The notes beneath the pieces were generated by a model, which saw only the letters and a program-made list of their open reading frames with translations, did not search any database and was not told where the DNA came from. Shown here in pieces: positions 7,915-15,863 of a stretch of 32,625 nucleotides of DNA (position 1 is the first letter of the stretch; each line of letters begins with the position of its first letter). The stretch is from sequence record SRR2962707_4322; one strand, written 5' to 3'. A program made the position numbers and the translations under genes.

Positions 7915-8964
7915 ATGGAATCGTACATGCTCGAAAAAGTGAATCTGCCGTGCGCCTGGCTGGCAGAGGATCTTGCACGCGATAAATCATGGGTCCGCCC
8001 GTTCAGTGACGATGATATTGCTGAACTCGAAGAAGCCTTGCGCTACTCCAAGTCGAAAGGCCTGGCGGAGCAGGAAGTGACGGCGGCGGACTTCCCCCTG
8101 CCAAGATTGTCAGGGGCACTGAAGGATGTTTGCCGCGATCTGGAATCCGGCACCGGTGTCGTGATGCTGCGTGGGTTTCCCGTCGAGAACTACAGTTACG
8201 AAGACCTGCGCCGCATTTATTGGGGTATGGGCCAGCATATGGGGTCACTGGAGTGCCAGAACACCAAAGGTGAATATATGCAGGAGATCACTGATCTCGG
8301 GCTTGATTACAATACCGACCAGCATCGTGGCAGCATGACGTCGGCCAAGCTGCGCCCGCATTGTGACCCAACCGATGTTGTCGGCCTTTTCTGCATTCGT
8401 CCGGCCGTAGAAGGCGGGGCCAGCACAATCAGAAGCTCCACGGCAATTTTCAACGAAATCGTCGAGAAGCACCCGGAATACCTGCCGGTGCTCTATCGCG
8501 GCTTCCCTTATGATCTTGATGGCAAGGCGCCGTCGGGTGATCCCAAGGAAGTGACCCACTTCATGCCGGTTTACAGCTGGTGCGAAGGACTGGTCAGCTG
8601 CCGCTTCAATCAAAAGGCGATCGAGGATGGCGCACGCAAGATCGACCGTCCGTTGAGCAAGCTCGAGCAAGATGCGATCGACTTTGTCGGCAACCTGGCG
8701 ATTGATCCGCGGTTCGAATACGCCATGGATTTCCAGCCCGGCGACATACAGTTGCTGAACAACTATGTGACCCTGCATTCCCGCGAACATTACATCGACG
8801 GGGATACGCCGGAGACAAAACGTCTGTTGCTCCGGCTTTGGGTCAATCATGAGTGGGCGCGCCCGCTGGAATTCAGGTTCGCAAACAAGATGCTGATGGG
8901 TGCGCGCAAAGGCGTGGCCCCCAGTGTTGCGTCCTATGAGCTGCCGCAAAGATTGGCGAGCTGA
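7915..8964 (+). CDS. TauD/TfdA family Fe(II)/2-oxoglutarate dioxygenase (clavaminate-synthase-like)
   Basis: GVVMLRGFP; HxD motif PHCDPTDVVGLFC; distal His and Arg in PGDIQLLNNYVTLHSR...RLLLRLW. Confidence 0.9.
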   Translation: MESYMLEKVNLPCAWLAEDLARDKSWVRPFSDDDIAELEEALRYSKSKGLAEQEVTAADFPLPRLSGALKDVCRDLESGTGVVMLRGFPVENYSYEDLRRIYWGMGQHMGSLECQNTKGEYMQEITDLGLDYNTDQHRGSMTSAKLRPHCDPTDVVGLFCIRPAVEGGASTIRSSTAIFNEIVEKHPEYLPVLYRGFPYDLDGKAPSGDPKEVTHFMPVYSWCEGLVSCRFNQKAIEDGARKIDRPLSKLEQDAIDFVGNLAIDPRFEYAMDFQPGDIQLLNNYVTLHSREHYIDGDTPETKRLLLRLWVNHEWARPLEFRFANKMLMGARKGVAPSVASYELPQRLAS

Positions 8965-9038
8965 CGCACCAGCGTCAGATCGATGAATCGATGCCAAATC
9001 AGAAACGAAACGATTACATCCACAACAACCGTATCGTG

Positions 9039-9077
9039 ACCGGTTAATCCCTGTTGTCTTCGGGCAGCAGGGCCGGT
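9039..9077 (+). other. Stable C(UUCG)G-tetraloop RNA hairpin in the tctC leader
   Basis: CCCTGTTGTC-TTCG-GGCAGCAGGG (with G-U pairs), extended by ACCGG/CCGGT. Confidence 0.55.
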
Positions 9078-9104
9078 GGCGTTATCATCAAAGGAGAGGA
9101 AATC

Positions 9105-10112
9105 ATGTCCAAGAGAATGAACAAATGGATTGGGAAGGGCATTGTCGGTGCCTTTGCGTGTGCGTTGGTTGCAACAACGACATTCGTAACGGCAGCGGTT
9201 GCCGACGAGTGGCCGGACAAACCGATTACCGTCATTGTACCCTTCGGTTCAGGTGGCAGCACGGACCGTTCCGCGCGGGCGCTGGCATCGTTCCTGCCTG
9301 GTGAACTGGGCCAGCCCGTTACCGTGATCAACAAGCCGGGTGGCGGTGGCCAGCTGGGGCATAGCTGGTTTCTCCAGCAGCCGGACGACGGCTCGACGTT
9401 GCTGTTCACCTCGGGCTCGCCCTACATCGGCAACAACATCCTGCACACCGGTGCCAAGTTCAAGATCAGCGATTTCGCATTCATCAATGCACAGTGGGTG
9501 GATTGGGATCTGATTGCCTGCCACAAGGATCGTCCGTGGAATTCACTGGTCGAGCTTCTGAACGAGGTGAAAGCCAAGCCGAAAACCATCAGCTTCAGTG
9601 TCGTTCTCGGCTCGAGCGGCCGGCTGACGATTGCGGCTCTGCTTGAAGCCATGGGTCTGCCGAACGATGCCATCAACGTCGTTGTCTATCAGGGCGGTGC
9701 AAAACCGCGAACGGCTCTCGCCGGCGGACAGGTTGACTGTTCGATCATCGGTGGCGAAGGCAGCACGGAAATCAAGGAATTCATCCGTCCGCTCGCCGTT
9801 GTCCGCGAAGAAGCACATCCGGATTGGGATGCGCCGATCGTCAACGAAGCTCTGAAGCCTCTTAACGTCGAAATCCCGCTGATCAGCGGCGGTATCCGGA
9901 CCATTGCCGCGCAGGCCTCTTTCAAAGAGAAACATCCGGAGCGTTTCGCCAAGATCGTCGCTGCCATCGAAAAGACGACCAAAAGCAAGGATTTCCAGAA
10001 GTTTGCCGCACGCTCCCAGTTGGGTGCGGAATGGCACGGTCCGGAAAAAACCTCCGCCATGGTTGATCACAACTTCACTTTCCTGAAAAAATATGCCGAT
10101 CTGGCAAAATAA
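9105..10112 (+). CDS. tctC: Tripartite tricarboxylate transporter substrate-binding protein (TctC/Bug family)
   Basis: Signal peptide, WPDKPITVIVPFGSGGSTDRSAR, LGQPVTVINKPGGGG, YQGGAKPRTALAGGQVD; ATG 9105 follows AAGGAGAGG. Confidence 0.92.
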   Translation: MSKRMNKWIGKGIVGAFACALVATTTFVTAAVADEWPDKPITVIVPFGSGGSTDRSARALASFLPGELGQPVTVINKPGGGGQLGHSWFLQQPDDGSTLLFTSGSPYIGNNILHTGAKFKISDFAFINAQWVDWDLIACHKDRPWNSLVELLNEVKAKPKTISFSVVLGSSGRLTIAALLEAMGLPNDAINVVVYQGGAKPRTALAGGQVDCSIIGGEGSTEIKEFIRPLAVVREEAHPDWDAPIVNEALKPLNVEIPLISGGIRTIAAQASFKEKHPERFAKIVAAIEKTTKSKDFQKFAARSQLGAEWHGPEKTSAMVDHNFTFLKKYADLAK

Positions 10113-10146
10113 GAAAAAGATTGCCGTATAGGGAGGAAATCAGGCT

Positions 10147-10626
10147 GTGTCAGAAGAGAATTCACATGCCGCACACCGTGGCGGCATCCAGTGGGGGCAT
10201 CTCGCGTTCCTGCTGGGGGTCCTGGGATTTCTCGGGTACTACCTCCGGGACAGCTGGCAAGCTCAGGCCAGCGTCGGAAACCTGATTTTCATCCTGCCGG
10301 TAACGCTGCTTTGCGTCTTCACGGTCGCCGTTATTGCGGCCGCTCTCCTGCGCAGGAAAGCAACAGAAACCGCTCAGGGCGAGCAGGAAGGGGATGAAAA
10401 TTTCCTGCCGCTCGTTCTGTCGGTTGCTCTGTTTGCCTTGTACGTCGTTCTTCTGCCGCGCATCGGTTTTGATGTCGGTACGTTTATATTCATCGCTCTT
10501 GTCCTGATCGTTCTCGGAGAGCGCCGCCCGGTCTTTATCGGCATTTACGCATTGGCCTTTTCGGCGCTGACCGTACTGGGGTTCAAGGCGATGATACCGA
10601 CTAACATTCCCACGTTAATATTATGA
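10147..10626 (+). CDS. tctB: Tripartite tricarboxylate transporter small membrane subunit
   Basis: About 4-5 hydrophobic segments, LYVVLLPRIGF motif, lies between tctC and tctA. Confidence 0.85.
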   Translation: MSEENSHAAHRGGIQWGHLAFLLGVLGFLGYYLRDSWQAQASVGNLIFILPVTLLCVFTVAVIAAALLRRKATETAQGEQEGDENFLPLVLSVALFALYVVLLPRIGFDVGTFIFIALVLIVLGERRPVFIGIYALAFSALTVLGFKAMIPTNIPTLIL

Positions 10627-12137
10627 TTTTCGATTTTGAGGCTATCCTAGCCGCCTTCAATCTGTTGACCGGATCATGGGAGCCGTGGATTGTCGTGCCT
10701 CCCGGACTGATAATCGGTCTTGTCTTCGGGGCCATCCCGGGGCTGTCGATTTCCATGGGCATGGCGGTATTCCTGCCGATGACCCTTTATATGGATTTCG
10801 TCCCGGCCATGCTGTTCCTGACGTCGATCTTTACCGGCGGCACGTTCGGGAGCGCCGTTCCGGCGATATTGATGAACATTCCAGGCTCGGCGACGGCTGT
10901 TGCCACGGCGTTCGACGGATACCCGATGTCCAAGCAGGGCCGTCACAATGAAGCCCTCGGTCTTGCGCTGGCGGCATCGACGTTTGGAACCGCCATTGGC
11001 TACATCATCCTGTTCATCCTGATCCAGCCGATTGCAGATCTGGTATTGCGTATCGGACCGCCGGAAATGTTTCTGATCGTGGTTTGGGGACTGACGATGA
11101 TTGCGGCAGTCCGGGGTCATCATTTTGGCAGGGGCATCCTTGCCGGTGCCCTCGGCACCCTGATCGGAACGATCGGCTTTAGCCAGATCGGCGTGGTCAG
11201 GGGGACGATGGGGATCGACGAGATGCTCGACGGCATACCTGTTGTCCCTGCAATGATCGGGTTATTTGCGGCATCGGAATTGTTCAATCTGATGCAGAAA
11301 TCGTATCTGGTGGAAGACCCTGAGGCACGGCGATTGAATTTCCGCGGTATCCTGAGCGGGTTCAGACAGGCTTTTGCCTATCCGGCCGTACTGATACGCG
11401 GCAGCCTGATCGGGACACTGATCGGGGCCGTACCCGGTGTCGGCGGTTCGATTGCGAACCTGATCTCTTATGCGGAAACGAAGCGCCGGGCGAAAAAGGG
11501 GGAAACCTTTGGTGATGGCAACCCCAAGGGCGTAGTTGCCTCGGAAGCGGCCAACAGTAGTTCCGAAGGGGGCTCCATGGTCACCCTGCTGGCACTTGGT
11601 TTGCCGGGTGGCAGTGGAACCGCGGTGATGCTGGCGGCGTTCGCGATGCACAACATCAACGGCGGGCCACGATTCATTCGTGAGAACACGGATATCGTCT
11701 ATGCCATCGTGTTTTCCAATTTCGCCCAGACCATTGCACTGATGGTCATCGGCCTGATGTTCGTCCATTTGCTGGCGAGTGTCGTCCGGGTGCCGCTCCG
11801 GGTGCTCATTCCATCCGTGCTGGCGCTGTCGGTGATGGGGTCATACGGCCTCGTCCAAAACATGTCGGGTCCCTATACAGTTCTGGTTTTTGCCGCTTTG
11901 GGCTGGGTCATGCGGCGATACAACTATTCGGCCGCCGCCATGGTTATCGGCCTGCTGCTGGGACCGATGGCGGAAGCGGAACTGTTGCGAAGCTATCAAC
12001 TGGGCGGCAGCGATCTGACCTATGTGCTGTTCCGTCCGGGTGTGCTGTTTATCATTTTCGCGCTGGCTCTCGCCGCCGTTGCACCACGTCTCTACCGCTG
12101 GTGGCGAGGGCGTGGCGCCGTACAGGAACAAACCTGA
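10623..12137 (+). CDS. tctA: Tripartite tricarboxylate transporter large permease
   Basis: GAIPGL, PAILMNIPGSATAVATAFDGYPMSKQG, FGDGNPKGVVASEAANSS, LALGLPG; ATGA-type overlap with tctB. Confidence 0.95.
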   Translation: MIFDFEAILAAFNLLTGSWEPWIVVPPGLIIGLVFGAIPGLSISMGMAVFLPMTLYMDFVPAMLFLTSIFTGGTFGSAVPAILMNIPGSATAVATAFDGYPMSKQGRHNEALGLALAASTFGTAIGYIILFILIQPIADLVLRIGPPEMFLIVVWGLTMIAAVRGHHFGRGILAGALGTLIGTIGFSQIGVVRGTMGIDEMLDGIPVVPAMIGLFAASELFNLMQKSYLVEDPEARRLNFRGILSGFRQAFAYPAVLIRGSLIGTLIGAVPGVGGSIANLISYAETKRRAKKGETFGDGNPKGVVASEAANSSSEGGSMVTLLALGLPGGSGTAVMLAAFAMHNINGGPRFIRENTDIVYAIVFSNFAQTIALMVIGLMFVHLLASVVRVPLRVLIPSVLALSVMGSYGLVQNMSGPYTVLVFAALGWVMRRYNYSAAAMVIGLLLGPMAEAELLRSYQLGGSDLTYVLFRPGVLFIIFALALAAVAPRLYRWWRGRGAVQEQT

Positions 12138-12176
12138 TCAGAACAACAATCATATAAATTGAGGAGATACCCCGAG

Positions 12177-13043
12177 ATGAAAAAATCGACCGAACTTCGC
12201 CGGCTGATGGCGGAAAGCGCACCTGTCGTTGCACCTGGAGCATATGACGGGATGTCGGCAAGGCTGGTTGAAATGGCGGGGTTTTCGGCGGTTTATGCGA
12301 CGGGGGGCGGCATTGCACGCAGCACCGGTATCCCCGACATGGGGTTAATGAGCCTGTCCGATATCGTGGTTCGGCTGCAGTCGATGGTGGATGCGGTCGA
12401 TATGCCGCTGATCGGTGATGCGGACACGGGGCACGGCAACGCCCTGAATGCCGAACAGACGGTTCGGGCATTCGTGCGTGCAGGTGTCGCCGGGGCGCAT
12501 ATCGAAGACCAGTCATTCCCGAAACGCTGTGGTCACTATGAAGACAAATCGCTCGCGCCGACATCGGAGATGGTTCAGAAAATCAGGGCCATGAAGAACG
12601 CCAGCCTTGATCCTGATTTCGTTCTGATTGCGCGGACCGATGCGCTGGCGGTTGAAGGTTATGACAGTGCCATCGAGCGAATGAACCGCTACATGGAAGC
12701 CGGGGCCGATGTCGCCTTTGTCGAAGCGCCGACAAGCGTCGAGCAGATCGAGCAGATTGCAAAAGACCTGCCGTTCCCGAAACTGATCAACATGTTTCAT
12801 GGCGGCAAGACCCCGCTTGTCGGGACGGAGCGGCTCGGCGAGTTGGGATATGACATCGTCATTATCCCGAACGATACCCAGCGTGCGGCCATTCATGCGA
12901 TGCAGGAAACCTTGTCTGCGATCCGCGATGAAGGTCACAGCGGAAGGCTTCAGGACCGGATGGCTTCGTTCCAGGACCGTGAAGAGATCATCGGCACGCA
13001 GGCCTACATGGATCGTGACAAGAAATATGCGGAAGCCAGCTAA
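12177..13043 (+). CDS. Isocitrate lyase/PEP mutase superfamily C-C lyase (2,3-dimethylmalate lyase/methylisocitrate lyase-like)
   Basis: PGAYDGMSAR, DADTGHG, HIEDQSFPKRCGH catalytic loop, IARTDA, AGADVAFVEAP, NMFHGGKTP; ATG 12177 after GAGGAG. Confidence 0.9.
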   Translation: MKKSTELRRLMAESAPVVAPGAYDGMSARLVEMAGFSAVYATGGGIARSTGIPDMGLMSLSDIVVRLQSMVDAVDMPLIGDADTGHGNALNAEQTVRAFVRAGVAGAHIEDQSFPKRCGHYEDKSLAPTSEMVQKIRAMKNASLDPDFVLIARTDALAVEGYDSAIERMNRYMEAGADVAFVEAPTSVEQIEQIAKDLPFPKLINMFHGGKTPLVGTERLGELGYDIVIIPNDTQRAAIHAMQETLSAIRDEGHSGRLQDRMASFQDREEIIGTQAYMDRDKKYAEAS

Positions 13044-13082
13044 CGCTCTCCACCAATCCCGGTTGAACTGACGGAAGCCACC

Positions 13083-15776
13083 ATGACCAAGAATAGCCTC
13101 AATACCTGCCGCAAGCTCGAAGTCGATGGCGAGACGTACCACTATTACAGCTTGAAAGCTGCCGAAGATGCAGGGGCGGGGCAGGTCATGAAAATGCCGC
13201 GCAGCCTGAAAGTTCTCTATGAAAACCTTCTCAGGCATGAAGACGGGATCGGCATCACCGAAGACGATCTCATGGCATTTACGGGACGCAGCCGGGAAAT
13301 TGGGTGCGGTGCCGAAGTGCTGTATCACCCGTCACGGCTGATGCTGGTCGATTCATCCGGTGTGCCTCTTCTTGCCGATCTGGCTGCCTTGCGTGAAGCG
13401 ATGCTGCGTAATGGCGGTGATCCGATGACGATCAATCCGGCCATTCCGTGCGAACTCGTCATCGATCACTCGGTGATGGTCGATTTCCAGGGCACAGCCG
13501 ATGCGCTGGATAAAAACATGGATCTTGAATACAGCCGTAACGGCGAGCGGTATCAATTCCTGCGCTGGGCCGAAAAAGCCTTCAAGAATTTCAAGATCGT
13601 GCCGCCGGGAACGGGGATCTGCCACCAGGTCAATCTCGAAGCACTGGCGCGTGGTATCTGGATCGATAAATCCGAAGGCCGCACGATGGTGGCCCCGGAA
13701 ACGCTGCTGGGAATGGACAGCCATACCCCGATGATCAATTGCCTCGGCATCCTGGGCTGGGGTGTGGGTGGTCTGGAAGGCGGCGCGGCGATGCTGGGCA
13801 TGCCGGTATCCATGATCTTCCCCCGCGTTGTCGGGTGCAGACTGAGCGGCGCCCTGAAGCCCGGCGTGACAGCAACGGACATGGTCCTGACGTTGACCCG
13901 TCAGTTGCGTGAATATGGCGTTGTCGCGGCCTTCGTTGAATTTTTCGGACCCGGCGTTGGAAATCTCAAGCTTTCGGATCGCGCGACCCTTGCTAACATG
14001 TCGCCTGAGTACGGGGCGACGATGGGGTTTTTCCCGATTGATGAGGAGATGCTCAGCTACCTCGAGAAAACCGGGCGGGGGGAAAACGTGCCGCTGATCC
14101 GGGCCTATGCTCAGGAACAGGGGCTTTGGCATGATCCGGATGCGCCGCAGCCGTCCTACAATGAAGTGGTCGACTTCGACTTATCGTCCGTGGAGCCGAG
14201 CATTGCCGGCCCGAACCATCCGCACAATCACACGCCGCTTCCCAAGGCCAAATCCAAGTTCGCGGATACGATCATTCCGTCCTGTGCGACGTTGCCGGAT
14301 GATGGTGTCTCCGTTGAGGGCGCGGCATGGAAACTGAACCACGGCGATATCGCGATTGCCGCGATTTCCAGCTGCACCAATACGTCCAACCCGGCGGTGA
14401 TGATTGCGGCTGGATTGCTCGCACGGAATGCCGTCGAGCGTGGTCTGTCCGTCAAACCGTGGGTCAAAACCTCGCTGACACCCGGATCACGCGTCGTCGC
14501 CGATTATCTCAAGACCTCGGGGCTGCAGGAGTCGCTGGATCAACTCGGGTATCAGGTTGCCGGTTTCGGCTGTACGACCTGCATGGGGAATTCCGGGCCG
14601 CTGGCGGCGAATGTCGAAGCGGCGGTGAAGGCCAACGACGTCGCCATGGTTGCCGTGCTCTCGGGGAACAGGAACTTTGATGGGCGCATCCATCCACTGG
14701 CGCGGGCAAATTTCATCTGCTCTCCGCCCCTGGTCATTGCCTATGCCCTTGCGGGAAGCATGCGCGTGGACCTCACGACGGAACCTCTCGGGCACGACAA
14801 GGCCGGGAACCCTGTCATGCTGTCCGATATCTGGCCGGACCCCGCTGAATTGAGCGAGATTATCGATACGGTCCTTGTCGCCGAACGCTACACCAGTATT
14901 TACGCGGGGATGTTCGATGGTGACGCCAGGTGGCGGTCTGTCGATGGCGGGGACGGCACGCTATTTGAGTGGCCGGACGATACATACATGAAACGCCCGC
15001 CGTTCTTTAACGACATTGAACCGGCACTGCCGGCGATCGGCGATATACGCGGTGCCCGGCCGCTGGCGATGTATGGTGACGGGATCACCACGGACCACAT
15101 TTCTCCCGTCGGGACGATCACGGAAAGTTCGGCCGCAGGCCAGTACCTGATCGATCAGGGCGTGAAGCCGGCGGATTTCAATTCGTTCGCGGCCAGACGG
15201 GTCAATCATGACGTCATGATTCGCGGGACGTTCGCCAATATCCATATCCAGAACCAGATGGTGCCGGACCGGAAGGGCGGCTGGACACGGCATGAACCAA
15301 GTGCCGAGATCGTTCCCGTCCATGAAGCCGCCCAGCGCTATCGCGATGCCGGGGTGGACCCGATCATCATTGCCGGGCGTGAATACGGCCAGGGATCGTC
15401 ACGGGACTGGGCCGCGAAGGGAACCCGGATACTGGGTGTGCGCGTCGTCGTTGCTCAGGGGTTCGAGCGGATCCACCGTTCCAACCTCGTCGGCATGGGG
15501 GTGCTGCCGCTTCAGTTCGAAGAGGGGACATCCTGGACGTCTCTGGGGCTGGACGGCACGGAAACCTATGACATTACCGGGATTGATCTCATGCGCGGCC
15601 CGCGATCAATGCTTGATTTGCAGATCAACAAAGCCGATGGAACCAGTTTCAACGTCCCCGTTTTGTGCCGTCTGGATACACCGCTTGAGTTCCTGTACTT
15701 CCTGAACGGCGGGATCCTTCATTACGCGGTTCGTAACGAAATTGCACCTGAGCAGGCGAACGCCTTGCCGGCCTGA
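13083..15776 (+). CDS. acnA: Aconitate hydratase AcnA-like protein (divergent substrate motifs)
   Basis: VIDHSV, GICHQVNLE, DSHT, SCTNTSNP and GCTTC (three Fe-S Cys), SGNRNFDGR, TTDHISP, GSSRDWAAKG, FERIHRSNL. Confidence 0.9.
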   Translation: MTKNSLNTCRKLEVDGETYHYYSLKAAEDAGAGQVMKMPRSLKVLYENLLRHEDGIGITEDDLMAFTGRSREIGCGAEVLYHPSRLMLVDSSGVPLLADLAALREAMLRNGGDPMTINPAIPCELVIDHSVMVDFQGTADALDKNMDLEYSRNGERYQFLRWAEKAFKNFKIVPPGTGICHQVNLEALARGIWIDKSEGRTMVAPETLLGMDSHTPMINCLGILGWGVGGLEGGAAMLGMPVSMIFPRVVGCRLSGALKPGVTATDMVLTLTRQLREYGVVAAFVEFFGPGVGNLKLSDRATLANMSPEYGATMGFFPIDEEMLSYLEKTGRGENVPLIRAYAQEQGLWHDPDAPQPSYNEVVDFDLSSVEPSIAGPNHPHNHTPLPKAKSKFADTIIPSCATLPDDGVSVEGAAWKLNHGDIAIAAISSCTNTSNPAVMIAAGLLARNAVERGLSVKPWVKTSLTPGSRVVADYLKTSGLQESLDQLGYQVAGFGCTTCMGNSGPLAANVEAAVKANDVAMVAVLSGNRNFDGRIHPLARANFICSPPLVIAYALAGSMRVDLTTEPLGHDKAGNPVMLSDIWPDPAELSEIIDTVLVAERYTSIYAGMFDGDARWRSVDGGDGTLFEWPDDTYMKRPPFFNDIEPALPAIGDIRGARPLAMYGDGITTDHISPVGTITESSAAGQYLIDQGVKPADFNSFAARRVNHDVMIRGTFANIHIQNQMVPDRKGGWTRHEPSAEIVPVHEAAQRYRDAGVDPIIIAGREYGQGSSRDWAAKGTRILGVRVVVAQGFERIHRSNLVGMGVLPLQFEEGTSWTSLGLDGTETYDITGIDLMRGPRSMLDLQINKADGTSFNVPVLCRLDTPLEFLYFLNGGILHYAVRNEIAPEQANALPA

Positions 15777-15863
15777 GGGGGCAGGGCAAATCGCTGAAGT
15801 TCGTCTATCTGCTTATGGTCTTGGAACCGGCGGTTATCTGGCCGTTTAAAGTTTGGTCGTGGC

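Noticed and set aside
7746-7928. 60-aa minus-strand ORF
   Set aside because: Lies across the AT-rich promoter region; composition reflects AT content; no SD or motif
12177-15776. Calling the lyase and aconitase prpB/acnD (methylcitrate cycle)
   Set aside because: No prpC, prpD or prpF nearby, and specificity motifs differ from PrpB and canonical AcnA/AcnD
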